DNA of 64,000 bases from an uncultured bacterium (GTDB lineage Bacteria > Verrucomicrobiota > Verrucomicrobiia > Verrucomicrobiales > DEV007): positions 256,001-320,000 of the forward strand of contig CAXBMO010000004.1 of the NCBI GenBank assembly GCA_963977015.1, in the 5' to 3' direction. The position numbers and the translations under genes were made by a program. Positions within the stretch are counted from its first letter, which is position 1, and each line of letters starts with the position of its first letter. Positions 36,665-46,736 of this stretch are shown piece after piece. The notes beneath the pieces are model-generated. The model worked only from the letters and a program-made list of their open reading frames with translations. It did no database searches and was not told where the DNA came from.

Positions 36665-39409
36665 TTACGAGTCGATGAATTGCTCCATCGCAGCGTCGCG
36701 GGTCGCACCGCTGTGCAGGGCCTTTTGATAGAACTCCTTCGCGAGTTGCTTGGAAGGCTCGCTTCGGGTGGCGTAGAGCACGGAAAGGTTGAAGTAGGCT
36801 TCGGAGTGAGCCGGGTTCAACGCGACCGCTTTCTTGAACTCGGTTTCGGCGCGCGTTCCCCATCCCTTCAGGCTTGCGACCAATCCGACGTAGTTGTGGG
36901 CATCCGCGTTGTCTCCACCGTGACGGAGGCACTCATAAAAGCTCTCCAGAGATTCATCGAGCTTGCGGTTCCGGTAATTGAGAACGCCGAGGTAATAATG
37001 AGCATTGGCGCAGCTCTCATCGACGGAGAGCGCCCGCTCCAAGTGAGACTCAGCGGCTTTGAGATCGCCCTGGCGGAGATAAATGACTCCCATGTTGCAA
37101 AGGGCATAGAGATTGTTGCGGTCGAAATGCAGCACTTTGGCGTAGCCCCGGGATGCGGCATCGAAATTCCCCTGGCTGAAGTCGTAGTTGGCGGCTTTTG
37201 CCAGTTGGGTGATCTGGTTCTCGCGGTTTGCTGCAATCACCATGTCAGCATCGTAACTTTGAGGATTGGCCGGGATCGAAACCGTCATGGAACGAGGAGA
37301 TGTCGACCCGAGAGCCACTGGTGCTTTGTTGGACTCAACGGCCTCAATCAACTGCAGATCCTCGGATTTCTTAAACATGGCCCGCTCGTCTTCACTGAGC
37401 TCGAGCCGTTCTCCGGCCATGCTGTCGAGACTGGCAAGGAGCGTTACGGACTGCACATCCAACTTGCGCAGTTCGTCGAGCACGATGTCGCGAGCCTGCT
37501 GCAGTCGCGCCTGCTTGACGAGTTGCTTCCGAATCAACCCTCGCAGCATGTCGTTCTCTTGAGCGGAACTGCTGAGATTCACGACTTCCTTCTGGCTATT
37601 GCTGAGCTGTTCGGCCAGGGAGGAGAGACGCTCTTTGGCCTGGGCCAGAAGCCCGTCTTTCTGGGAGATCTCGGCTTTGGCGTCATCCAGCTGACGAACC
37701 GTGGTGTCGAGCTGGGCCTTCATCACGTCGCGCTCCTGCAAGGCGTCATCGCGCTGCTTGGAGGTCGTGTTCAGCTCGGTCAGCATGGTTTTGAGCTTGC
37801 CGTTCAGCTCCTCAACCTTCTTCGCGTAGAGATTGCTGTCTTCTTCAGAAGCCATCCGCTCGTTCTGAATTCCCTCGACCTTCTTGCGAAGGCTTGCCAA
37901 CTCATCTTTGTAGTCGCCACCACTCCGCGTCAGCTTTTCAATCTCCATTTTGGCTGCGGCGAGTTCTTTCTGCCATTTCAGATTCGCGGACACGAGATCC
38001 TTGACGTCTCCGTCGATCTGCTCACTCGCGTCGAGCAAAATGGCCATTTCGTCGAGATTCTGTTGAAGCTGATTCCGCTGCTCAACCAACAGGTTGCGCT
38101 CCCGAACCAACCCCTCGTTTTCGCGCCGCATTTGCAAATTGGAACGCTCCAAACTGGCAACTTTCGTGTTCAGCTCGGTGATGGTTTTCTGCGATTGTGC
38201 CAGTTCGACGAGCAATTGAGCGTTGGTCTCTGACAGATCGCCGTTTTCGCGAATGGCCTCGGCCAGCTTCTTGGCCATGTCATTGCGCTCGGAAGTGGCC
38301 TCCTCGGCAATTTTCTTCGCGGCTTTGATCTCCTGAGTCGCGGCATGAAGCTTGCGCTCGGTTTCCTCAAACTTCGCGATCATTTCCTCGGTCACTTTGC
38401 CCTTCGCCTCGTCCAACTCCTTCTTGATCTGGTCGCGCTCTTCGCGGGCTTTGTCGCGATCGGTGATGGCATTGGCCAGGCGCTTGGAAAGTTGTGCGTT
38501 GTTCTCCATTTGGTTGGCGCGCTCCTCGGCATAGGCATCGCGCTCTTTCGAGATGTCCTCGATCTCCGCTTTCGCCATCTCCAACGCTTTCAAAATGCTC
38601 GCGCTCTCCGTGTTCGCCCGGCGCAACTCTTCGGTGGCAAGCTTGAGCTGCTCCTGGGTCTGCTGAACTTTTTGCTCACTCAGCATGTCGGCATTCTTCA
38701 GGTCACCCAACGCCTTGGCCAGCTGGGCTTGAATGGTCGCCTCAACTTGCTTCGCCTTGGCGAGCTGGTTCTGGAGCGATTGCATGCGTTGCTCGCGCTC
38801 GGCAACCTGGCGCTCGAGCCGTTGCTTGGCTCCAGTCAGGAAATCAACCTGAGCCTGAAGATTGGTAAACTCCTGATTGACGCCCTGCGTGTAATTCTGG
38901 GCATTCGGCGCCATCGGAGCGGGCGCCGGAGTATAGGCCGGAGGCATGGGAGCTGCCGTTTGGGGAGTCTGAAATTCCGGACTTCCGGGCCGCACCACCA
39001 TGGGACCATTTCCCATCGAAGGAGCCGCCTGAGCAATCCCGCTTCCCGGCAGAGGGCCGAGATCCTCCGAATTGTTGCCTTTCAAGCGGGCATGGACCTG
39101 ATCGATTTTGTCGAGCAGCGCACGCCGCCGAAAATCCATCATGTTTTTCTTCCAGCTTGGATGCGTCCGCGAAATGTAGTCGAAGAGCCGCTGGGATTCC
39201 CGATAGCTGGCGAGAGCCTCCAAGTCCTTGCCACTTTCCTCCTTGGTTTCGGCATCGCGCATCTTCATGTAGGCACGCAGCCACAAATCTGATGGATCAG
39301 TTGAGAGTTCGTCTTGGGCAACGACGACGTCTCCAAAACCGACGCAAAGAGAGATTGTAACAAAAAAGACCCAGAGATTCGGAATCCGAAACATCATAGC
39401 AGCAGACAA
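36665..39409 (-). CDS. exported long coiled-coil protein with C-terminal TPRs
   Basis: Signal peptide, long heptad-rich region, and TPRs (ALCNMGVIY, AHYYLG, AHNYVG, AYFNL). Confidence 0.85.
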   Translation of the reverse strand: MSAAMMFRIPNLWVFFVTISLCVGFGDVVVAQDELSTDPSDLWLRAYMKMRDAETKEESGKDLEALASYRESQRLFDYISRTHPSWKKNMMDFRRRALLDKIDQVHARLKGNNSEDLGPLPGSGIAQAAPSMGNGPMVVRPGSPEFQTPQTAAPMPPAYTPAPAPMAPNAQNYTQGVNQEFTNLQAQVDFLTGAKQRLERQVAEREQRMQSLQNQLAKAKQVEATIQAQLAKALGDLKNADMLSEQKVQQTQEQLKLATEELRRANTESASILKALEMAKAEIEDISKERDAYAEERANQMENNAQLSKRLANAITDRDKAREERDQIKKELDEAKGKVTEEMIAKFEETERKLHAATQEIKAAKKIAEEATSERNDMAKKLAEAIRENGDLSETNAQLLVELAQSQKTITELNTKVASLERSNLQMRRENEGLVRERNLLVEQRNQLQQNLDEMAILLDASEQIDGDVKDLVSANLKWQKELAAAKMEIEKLTRSGGDYKDELASLRKKVEGIQNERMASEEDSNLYAKKVEELNGKLKTMLTELNTTSKQRDDALQERDVMKAQLDTTVRQLDDAKAEISQKDGLLAQAKERLSSLAEQLSNSQKEVVNLSSSAQENDMLRGLIRKQLVKQARLQQARDIVLDELRKLDVQSVTLLASLDSMAGERLELSEDERAMFKKSEDLQLIEAVESNKAPVALGSTSPRSMTVSIPANPQSYDADMVIAANRENQITQLAKAANYDFSQGNFDAASRGYAKVLHFDRNNLYALCNMGVIYLRQGDLKAAESHLERALSVDESCANAHYYLGVLNYRNRKLDESLESFYECLRHGGDNADAHNYVGLVASLKGWGTRAETEFKKAVALNPAHSEAYFNLSVLYATRSEPSKQLAKEFYQKALHSGATRDAAMEQFIDS

Positions 39410-39590
39410 TAATTTTATAGGGATTGTTTAGGCGAATAGGTCTCCAAGGCTGGATATTCACACGCTATTCACAGGTGGCCCAGACTTTCTAGCATAGTTC
39501 TTTAAAAAAATCCTAGTAAAATCTAGTCTCAATCCAGCGAATTTTGGCAAACGAAAGCAGCAGCGACCGCTGTTGAGACGGAGAAATGGC

Positions 39591-39637
39591 TTGATGTAAT
39601 CAATCCGCCCCCTAGATTCGGGAACGATTTGAAGGAG
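39591..39637 (+). promoter_or_regulatory. promoter and RBS of the HNH gene
   Basis: TTGATG-16 nt-TAGATT, then AAGGAG 9 nt before GTG 39647. Confidence 0.55.
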
Positions 39638-39646
39638 TAAATCGCG

Positions 39647-40267
39647 GTGAATTCCACCCTAAATCATCCCGTTCTCGTGCTCAACCGGCTTTGGCAACCG
39701 GTCAATATCTGTTCCGCGCGACGCGCATTTTCGCTCCTCTTCCTTGGTCATGCACAAGTTGTTCACACTGACGCAGAAGAGAACTTTTTTACCCACGATA
39801 TCGACTCCTGGCTGTTGACGAGTCAGGACGCGACCAATCTGGAGGTCGTTCACACCATCTCGTGCAACTTCGGCATCCCGGAGATTATCGTTCTCTCGAT
39901 GTTTGATCGCCTCCCCAAGAAAGAGGTGAAATTCACCCGCCAGAACATCTTTGAGCGCGACGAACACACCTGCCAGTATTGCGGAGTCGGCCATGAGCCA
40001 AAGCAACTCAATCTGGACCATGTGGTTCCGCGAGACAAGGGCGGCAAGAACAGCTGGGAAAACATCGTCACGAGCTGCATTCGCTGCAATACGAAAAAGG
40101 CCAACAAACTGCCCCATGAAGCCGGGATGTTCCCCCGCAAAGAGCCGCGTGCACCTCGCTGGCGGCCCTTCATGTGTCAGGCCGAGAAATCCGCCCGCCG
40201 CAAGGCTCGGCCCAGCTGGCGACATTTTCTGGATTTGAAGCCTTCCGAGGTGAACCTCAGCGGCTGA
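39647..40267 (+). CDS. HNH endonuclease (McrA/HNH_5 type)
   Basis: Motifs VLVLN, RDEHTCQYCG, LDHVVPR, GG, WENIVTSCIRCNTKK. Confidence 0.92.
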   Translation: MNSTLNHPVLVLNRLWQPVNICSARRAFSLLFLGHAQVVHTDAEENFFTHDIDSWLLTSQDATNLEVVHTISCNFGIPEIIVLSMFDRLPKKEVKFTRQNIFERDEHTCQYCGVGHEPKQLNLDHVVPRDKGGKNSWENIVTSCIRCNTKKANKLPHEAGMFPRKEPRAPRWRPFMCQAEKSARRKARPSWRHFLDLKPSEVNLSG

Positions 40268-40370
40268 CCAGGGAGACGATTAGCTCCCGATTACAGGCCC
40301 ACCCTAAGGATAAAGATTAGCGGTTCGTCGTAGTTGACGCTTCGCTCGGGTCGAATTACTCATTGCCAAC

Positions 40371-42428
40371 ATGGAAGTCAGCCTTGGTCATCCCAGACCT
40401 CTTGGTGCTCATCGATTGCCCAATGGTCAGTGGAATTTTGCGGTGTTCTCCCAACACGCGAAATCGGTGGAAGTGTGTCTATTTCGCCCTCGTAGCCCAC
40501 ATTCGGAATCCGCCCGATTTTCGTTGAAGAATCGCACCGGCTCCGTCTGGCACGGCGCGGTATCCGGTTTGAAGCCGGGTCAGCTCTATGGTTTGAGGGT
40601 CGATGGAGAGTGGAACCCCTCGCATGGTCACCGCTTCAACCCGCACAAACTTTTGCTCGATCCCTACGCACGAGCGCTTTCGGACCAAATGCGCGATCAC
40701 CGCGATCTCTGCAATCCCGGGAAAAAGCCGGATGAAATCGATAGCGCATCGGTCATGCCCAAATGCGTATTGGTTGATGATAGTTTCGATTGGGAGGGCG
40801 ATCAGCCCCTCAATATCCCGTGGAACCAGACGATCATCTATGAAACCCACGTTGTCGGGCTGACGAAACAGTTTCCCGGGCTCTCCAAACGCATGCGGGG
40901 CACCTACGCGGGACTGGCTCACGACAAAGTGATCCGCTATCTCAAGGACTTGGGAATCACCACCGTTCAGCTGATGCCTGTTCATCATCACATTGATGAC
41001 GGCTTTTTGCAGGATCGTCGCCTCACCAACTATTGGGGCTACCAGACCGTGGGCTTCTTTGCCCCGGAAAGTCGCTATTCGTTCTGCGATCCGTCCAAGG
41101 GCGATCACGTGAAGGAGTTCAAGCGCATGGTGAAGAAGCTCCACCAGCATGGTTTGGAGGTGATTCTGGACGTCGTGTACAACCACACCGGTGAAATGGC
41201 GCCCCAGGGGCCGACCACCAGCTTCCGCGGACTGGACAATCACTCCTACTACCGCTTGGAACCCCGCCACCCCGAGCACTATCGCGATTTCACGGGGTGC
41301 GGAAACACGGTCGACGTTCGCCATCCCTACGTTCTCCAGCTCATCACCGACAGCCTGCGCTATTGGGTCGAAGAAATGCACGTTGACGGATTTCGCTTCG
41401 ACCTGGCGGCTTCCCTCGGTCGAGAAAGCGACGGTTTTACGCGCGAAAACGGCTTTTTCCGCGCCATTCACCAGGATCCGGTGCTCTCCCAAACCAAGCT
41501 GATCGCGGAGCCTTGGGATTTGGGCCCCGGAGGCTACCAAGTCGGCGGATTCCCCGAAGGCTGGTCCGAGCTGAACGGAAAATATCGCGATTGCATGCGC
41601 CGATTCTGGAATGGGGATCCGGGTTTGCTTCCCGAATTCGCCTCTCGCCTTTCAGGCAGTGAAGATCACTACGCCGCGAGTCGCCGCGCCCCCCAATGCA
41701 GCGTCAATTTCCTGACCAGTCACGACGGGTTCACGCTCAAAGACCTGGTCAGCTACAACGAGAAGCACAATCTGGCCAATGGGGAGGAGAATCGCGATGG
41801 CGACATGTCGAACCACTCCCAGAATCATGGCTATGAGGGAGAAACCGATGATCCCGCCATTCTCGACGCCCGTGATCAGCATCGGCGGAATCTCGTATCC
41901 ACGCTGTTTTTATCACTCGGCACGCCGTTTCTCCTTGGGGGAGACGAACGCGGACGATCCCAGGGCGGAAACAACAACGCCTACTGCCAGGACAACGAGA
42001 TCAGTTGGTTTGATTGGAAGGCCAATCCTCGCGATCAGCAATTCTTCAATTTCGTGAAACGGCTGATCCAGTATCGCAAACAACGGCCGGAGTTGATTCG
42101 AAAAGAGTTCTACCACGGAGGGAAAACCGATGATTCGGGAGTCCGCGACCTGGTTTGGTACGATTTTGAAGGCGTCGAGATGGAAGGCGAAGCCTGGTCC
42201 CGAGGCGAGATCGGCGGTCGAATCCAGGCTCTGATTCATGACGAGCAACTCCTGATTTTCAACGCTTGTCACGACCCCGGAAAGGTTCATTTGCCCGGCG
42301 AAGGCTGGCGTCAGATTGTCGATACGACCAAACCGGAAGGTTTTTTGAAGCGGCCCATCAAGGTCGAGAGCCCGGTTTTTGCCGCCGCCTTCAGCCTGCA
42401 CGTGTTTGAGCGTGGGGCGCTGGCCTAA
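40371..42428 (+). CDS. glgX: glycogen debranching enzyme GlgX
   Basis: Motifs KLLLDPYA, NYWGY, LDVVYNH, DGFRFDLA, IAEPWD, HDGFTL and GNNNAYCQDN. Confidence 0.96.
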   Translation: MEVSLGHPRPLGAHRLPNGQWNFAVFSQHAKSVEVCLFRPRSPHSESARFSLKNRTGSVWHGAVSGLKPGQLYGLRVDGEWNPSHGHRFNPHKLLLDPYARALSDQMRDHRDLCNPGKKPDEIDSASVMPKCVLVDDSFDWEGDQPLNIPWNQTIIYETHVVGLTKQFPGLSKRMRGTYAGLAHDKVIRYLKDLGITTVQLMPVHHHIDDGFLQDRRLTNYWGYQTVGFFAPESRYSFCDPSKGDHVKEFKRMVKKLHQHGLEVILDVVYNHTGEMAPQGPTTSFRGLDNHSYYRLEPRHPEHYRDFTGCGNTVDVRHPYVLQLITDSLRYWVEEMHVDGFRFDLAASLGRESDGFTRENGFFRAIHQDPVLSQTKLIAEPWDLGPGGYQVGGFPEGWSELNGKYRDCMRRFWNGDPGLLPEFASRLSGSEDHYAASRRAPQCSVNFLTSHDGFTLKDLVSYNEKHNLANGEENRDGDMSNHSQNHGYEGETDDPAILDARDQHRRNLVSTLFLSLGTPFLLGGDERGRSQGGNNNAYCQDNEISWFDWKANPRDQQFFNFVKRLIQYRKQRPELIRKEFYHGGKTDDSGVRDLVWYDFEGVEMEGEAWSRGEIGGRIQALIHDEQLLIFNACHDPGKVHLPGEGWRQIVDTTKPEGFLKRPIKVESPVFAAAFSLHVFERGALA

Positions 42429-42434
42429 AAACGC

Positions 42435-43004
42435 TCAGCTAAAAAACGTGGCAAGATCCAACTGAAAGCCGGGAATCGCGTTGCTGCTCACCAATCCAGT
42501 CCCCACCCATTCCTGTTGGTTCGCATAGTTGTCTTTCTCCGGACACCGGAAGACCGTGACGGCGGCTCGGGAGGGATCCACGATCCAATATTCCTGCACT
42601 CCCGCCGAGGCATAAATCGCTGCTTTCAATCGATCTCTCTCGATCGTGCTGACGGACACCTCCACGACCAAAGCTGCAGTCGAGGGATGCGATGTTCGAA
42701 ACGAACGTTCCTCCCCCTTCACCACCATCAAGTCCGGTTCCGGTTCGGAATCCGCAGTCGTAAGGGGACGTTCTTTGGCGACAAAATGGGTATCAGGAAG
42801 AATCTCCTCCAGCAACCGTAGGAGAACGTAAACAAAGTATTCATGTTCGGGAGATTTGCTCATCTTCTCTACAGGAATGCCGTGGAGGAGCTCCACGTTT
42901 TCATCAACCCAACCCAATTCCCCTGACGCATGGTAGAAATCCACACTCATGGGAACGACCGCCTTTTGAATCTCGGGATTCTGAATGATGGATGATCCGG
43001 CCAT
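42435..43004 (-). CDS. Uma2 family endonuclease
   Basis: Motifs VELLHG, EPEPDL, LVVEVS and KAAIYASAGVQEYWIVD. Confidence 0.92.
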   Translation of the reverse strand: MAGSSIIQNPEIQKAVVPMSVDFYHASGELGWVDENVELLHGIPVEKMSKSPEHEYFVYVLLRLLEEILPDTHFVAKERPLTTADSEPEPDLMVVKGEERSFRTSHPSTAALVVEVSVSTIERDRLKAAIYASAGVQEYWIVDPSRAAVTVFRCPEKDNYANQQEWVGTGLVSSNAIPGFQLDLATFFS

Positions 43005-43084
43005 GAATTAAAGAAAGTAGATTTTCCGATGAAAGAAGGAAAGGAAAAAGCTTCGAACCTTTCTTCCCAACACCACGCAAATCG

Positions 43085-43114
43085 AAAAAGCGGCAGACCT
43101 TTCGGCCTGCCGCT
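43085..43114 (-). terminator. intrinsic terminator of the oxidoreductase gene
   Basis: The minus strand reads AGCGGCAGGCC-GAAA-GGTCTGCCGCT-TTTT. A second small hairpin with a T-run lies at 43119-43142. Confidence 0.8.
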
Positions 43115-43144
43115 CTCCAAAAAATCGAATCGAAAGCGATTCCG

Positions 43145-44485
43145 TTACGCTTCCTCTACGCCGGGAGGATAAGGCGTGATGCCCGGAATCGCCATTTCGC
43201 GGATTGGCAAACTGTCGTTCCAATCGAGATCGTCGCCGGGAACCAGTCGCTCGCCGCTGTTGAGAACATCGTCGTAGGTCAGATACTTGCCACTGTAGGC
43301 CGACATCCGCGCCGTGATTCCATGCAGCGTCGAACGGGCGACCCATTCTTCATCGGAGTGGCGTGCGCCGTCCTTGCGGATGTTCGCGAAGAACTCGTCG
43401 TGCTCGAGCTTATACATGCTCTTGGCTCCGGAACGCGGTTTGCGCCATTTCCAGGCTTTGTCACCGGTCACTTCAGCACTGTTGATCGAGAACGTGGCCT
43501 GGCCTTTGCTTCCGATGATGTAGTCCTTGTTGTCCTTGTAAACCGTTCCGGCATACTGGCTCCAGTTCACATGGGCGCGGATTCCGCCTTCAAATTCGTA
43601 AAAGGCGTGGAAGTGATCGTAGGTGTTCCCCTCATGATTGGGACGCTGGCGCCCCCCCTGGCAGTAGCAGCCAATCGGCATCGCGTCCTGCATGATCCAG
43701 AAAATCTTGTCCACACTGTGGATGCCCTGCTCCACGATTCCGTCGCCACCAAGCCAAGTGAAGTTGTACCAGTTTTTCACCTGCCACTCCACATCGCTCA
43801 TTCCCGCAGGACGATCGGATGCCGGCGGCATCGGCTTGACCATACCGGTGTAGTAGCTGGCGTGAATGGAGTGAATGTCACCAATGTCTCCGTTCCAGAT
43901 GCGATCCTGGAAAAGCTCCCGACCGTGATCGGAGTAACGATAGCAAAATCCGCAAAGGACGGAGAGTCCCTGTTCCTTGGCTTTCTGACCTGCGGCCATG
44001 AAGCGCTTCACACCGGCAACGTCTGTGGCGCAGGGCTTTTCGACGAAGGCATGCTTGCCAGCTTCAATCGCGGCCTCAAAGTGTTGCGGGCGAAATCCGG
44101 GAGGCGTCGTGAGAAGCACAACGTCGACTCCGCTGTCAATCACCTGCCTGTAGGCGTCGAGCCCGGCGAACTTGCGATTTCCGACATTGATCTTGGCCGC
44201 ATCGCTTCCAGAATTCTTTTGGAGAACTTCGAGCTGGCGGTCGATTTTTTCAGCGTAGATGTCGCCAACCGCCCACAATTCACAGTTGTCATCCGCCTGC
44301 ATCGCATCGGCAGCGGCACCGGTTCCGCGTCCACCCATTCCGATGAGGCCAATTTTCAGCTTCTTATCGTCTTGAGCTCGCAACGTCACATTGGGGGCCA
44401 ACACGCTTGTTGCAGCGGCAGCTCCGGCCGTAGTTTTGATAAAACTGCGCCTTGGAGCGCCCTCGGGGTTTTCTGATTCAGTCAT
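43145..44485 (-). CDS. Tat-exported Gfo/Idh/MocA oxidoreductase
   Basis: RRSFIK Tat motif, GLIGMGGRG, TPPGFR, FVEKP and EQGIHSVD. Confidence 0.92.
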   Translation of the reverse strand: MTESENPEGAPRRSFIKTTAGAAAATSVLAPNVTLRAQDDKKLKIGLIGMGGRGTGAAADAMQADDNCELWAVGDIYAEKIDRQLEVLQKNSGSDAAKINVGNRKFAGLDAYRQVIDSGVDVVLLTTPPGFRPQHFEAAIEAGKHAFVEKPCATDVAGVKRFMAAGQKAKEQGLSVLCGFCYRYSDHGRELFQDRIWNGDIGDIHSIHASYYTGMVKPMPPASDRPAGMSDVEWQVKNWYNFTWLGGDGIVEQGIHSVDKIFWIMQDAMPIGCYCQGGRQRPNHEGNTYDHFHAFYEFEGGIRAHVNWSQYAGTVYKDNKDYIIGSKGQATFSINSAEVTGDKAWKWRKPRSGAKSMYKLEHDEFFANIRKDGARHSDEEWVARSTLHGITARMSAYSGKYLTYDDVLNSGERLVPGDDLDWNDSLPIREMAIPGITPYPPGVEEA

Positions 44486-44597
44486 TTGGGTAATTCGAAT
44501 TTCGGTTTTCGAGCGATAAAAGGCGACGTTAAAGTGATTCAGTCGGCTGTCCAGTCGCTTTCGCCCTCCCTTGCCCGGAAATGCCTGCCTTTGGACA

Positions 44598-45326
44598 TCA
44601 GCCAATGAATAGCTTCACCGCCATCGCAGCCAATGCGATGTAGAGAACGCCCCGGATGAACTTCTCCCCTTTGTGAATGCTGAGCTGGGAGCCGATCCAA
44701 CCGCCAATCGAGTTGCCAACGGCCAGAATCCCCCCAGTCAGCCACAACACCTTTCCGTTGATCGCAAAAACGATGAGCGCCGCCAACGTGAAACACCCGA
44801 TCACGAAGACCTTGTGCATGTTTACCCGAACGAGATCGAGCCCCATCACGCCGTGAAGCGTCGCGATGACCAGGAACCCGACCCCGGCCTGGATGAATCC
44901 ACCGTAAAACCCGACTCCCACCATGCAGAGGTGCGCCCAGAACGGATGTCGCGTCTCGGTCGAAGGTCTCCACTTCAAGGCCATTGCGATCATGACACCA
45001 ATCATGACACAGGCCAGAACGCGATTGAAAACCACCCCGCGAACCAACGTGCCCAGACACGCTCCCGCGATGGCACCCGGCAGGGTCGCGAGCGCCAATG
45101 TCAAACTCAGTCGCGGCTCGGAAAAGCCCTTCGAGCGGAATCCCGTCACGGCCACAATGTTCTGAGCGAAGATGGCGACGCGGTTGGTGCCGTTCGCAAC
45201 CGGCCCGTCCAACCCCATTAAAACCATCACCGGAAGTGTAATCAACGAGCCACCGCCGGCGAGCACGTTGAGGATTCCAGCGACGAGTCCGAGAGCAGCG
45301 AGAAGGAAGTATTGCCAGAGTTCCAT
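44598..45326 (-). CDS. TauE/SafE (TSUP) family membrane transporter
   Basis: Motifs AGGGSLITLP, ANGTN and GFYGGFIQAGVG, with multiple TMs. Confidence 0.9.
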   Translation of the reverse strand: MELWQYFLLAALGLVAGILNVLAGGGSLITLPVMVLMGLDGPVANGTNRVAIFAQNIVAVTGFRSKGFSEPRLSLTLALATLPGAIAGACLGTLVRGVVFNRVLACVMIGVMIAMALKWRPSTETRHPFWAHLCMVGVGFYGGFIQAGVGFLVIATLHGVMGLDLVRVNMHKVFVIGCFTLAALIVFAINGKVLWLTGGILAVGNSIGGWIGSQLSIHKGEKFIRGVLYIALAAMAVKLFIG

Positions 45327-45397
45327 GAACGAACGCCGAGATTAGCGCGAAAAACTGCAGTTTCCGCTGGAAAAGCCAATTTTCATTTGTATCCTAT

Positions 45398-45415
45398 TTT
45401 CAGAACTTACTGAAA
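45398..45415. promoter_or_regulatory. palindromic operator candidate
   Basis: TTTCAG-AACTTA-CTGAAA in the AT-rich divergent spacer, 45 nt upstream of ATG 45461. Confidence 0.6.
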
Positions 45416-45460
45416 GTTCCTTATTAAAAGTAGAAACCATAACCTAACCTCGAATCCATC

Positions 45461-45856
45461 ATGAGCCTGATCGTCATCACCTACACCATCTACCTCACAC
45501 TGAGCCTCATGCTCACCATCTGGGTCGCCAAAACCCTCCATCGCAACGGTCGCATCTTCCTGGTCGATTGTTTTCAGGGAAATGAGGAACTCGCGGACAG
45601 CGTCAACCACCTGCTGGTCGTCGGTTTCTACCTCATCAACATCGGCTTCGTCACCCTCTACCTGAAAATCGGAGCCGAGATCGCAGTTGCCCAAGACATC
45701 TTCGAGGCACTCAGCCAGAAAATGGGCGTCGTCCTCCTCGTGCTCGGCGTGATGCACTTCTTCAACATCTTCGTCTTCACCCGGATGCGCCGCAAAGCCC
45801 TGATCCGCAACTACCCACCGCCGGTCCCCGCCAACGCGCATACCGCCACCAACTGA
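45461..45856 (+). CDS. conserved 3-TM integral membrane protein
   Basis: TIWVAKTLHRNGRIFL...ELADSVNHLLVVGFYLINIG...GVMHFFN. First gene of a tight operon. Confidence 0.8.
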   Translation: MSLIVITYTIYLTLSLMLTIWVAKTLHRNGRIFLVDCFQGNEELADSVNHLLVVGFYLINIGFVTLYLKIGAEIAVAQDIFEALSQKMGVVLLVLGVMHFFNIFVFTRMRRKALIRNYPPPVPANAHTATN

Positions 45857-45880
45857 GATCCCCCCAACCGAATCCCCACC

Positions 45881-46321
45881 ATGAAAATGCTCCACGTCTT
45901 TTACGATAGCCATTGCGGAATGTGCCGCCGGTTTCGGGCGTGGCTTGCCGCTGAGCCGCAGATCGTGCGGCTCAGCTTTCACAGCTACCGCCTGCCTGAA
46001 GCCAAGGAGATTCTTCCCAACCTCGACGACTACAGCCCCGGCAATGAATTGGTCGTAATGGCCGATACCGGCGAAATCTACCAAGGCCCCCGCGCCTGGA
46101 TCATGTGCCTCTGGGCGCTGGAGAATCACCGGGAACTCGCCATCAAACTCAGCCAACCTCGTTGGTTCGGTTTTACCAAGCGGATCTGCCGTCTCGTTTC
46201 CGAAAATCGCCTCGGCCTTTCCAAACTGCTCTTTGGCAAGGACGCCCAATTCCTCGCCGATCTCGAACAGGCCGAACAAGCCAATCCCAACACCTGCACC
46301 GATGAAGCCTGCCATGTTTAA
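45881..46321 (+). CDS. DCC1-like (DUF393) thiol-disulfide oxidoreductase
   Basis: FYDSHCGMC (DxxCxxC), YQGPRAW and VSENR, with an extra C-terminal CxxxxC. Confidence 0.85.
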   Translation: MKMLHVFYDSHCGMCRRFRAWLAAEPQIVRLSFHSYRLPEAKEILPNLDDYSPGNELVVMADTGEIYQGPRAWIMCLWALENHRELAIKLSQPRWFGFTKRICRLVSENRLGLSKLLFGKDAQFLADLEQAEQANPNTCTDEACHV

Positions 46322-46736
46322 TCCTCCCTACACGATCGCCACCAGAGCCGCTTTCGCGCTGATCGCCGTCGCCGGAACCATCCTCTTTGCCATCGTATCC
46401 GGAGCCGGTCAGGAAAGCGGAATCAAGCTCGCCTGGATCACGGGAATCTCCTGGATCATCTTCGGAACCTGCCTCGTCCGCTGGAGCCGCCTCCCCTTCT
46501 GGCATTGCATCGATTTCTGCCTCGCCGCAATGGTGATTGGCGAGATCATCCTGATCCTTTCCGCATTGCTCGCCCTTCCCGGCCCCGGAATCGTCGCCGC
46601 CAACCTGGCCATGGCGGCCTTCCTTGCCGACCGATTTCTGAAACGCGGCTTTCCGGTCTGGAAAACCTGCACGCTCTGGTTCGCCGTCCTCAACGGCATC
46701 GCTCTCATCCTCACCCCCTTCTTCTACGAATTATGA
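46314..46736 (+). CDS. multi-TM membrane protein
   Basis: Hydrophobic ORF from MFNPPY that overlaps both neighbours (8 bp and ATGA). Confidence 0.7.
   Translation: MFNPPYTIATRAAFALIAVAGTILFAIVSGAGQESGIKLAWITGISWIIFGTCLVRWSRLPFWHCIDFCLAAMVIGEIILILSALLALPGPGIVAANLAMAAFLADRFLKRGFPVWKTCTLWFAVLNGIALILTPFFYEL

Noticed and set aside
39647-43004. HNH and Uma2 nucleases flanking glgX as a mobile or defence element
   Set aside because: Both are common stand-alone families with native-looking composition. No terminal repeats, methylase or integrase were seen.
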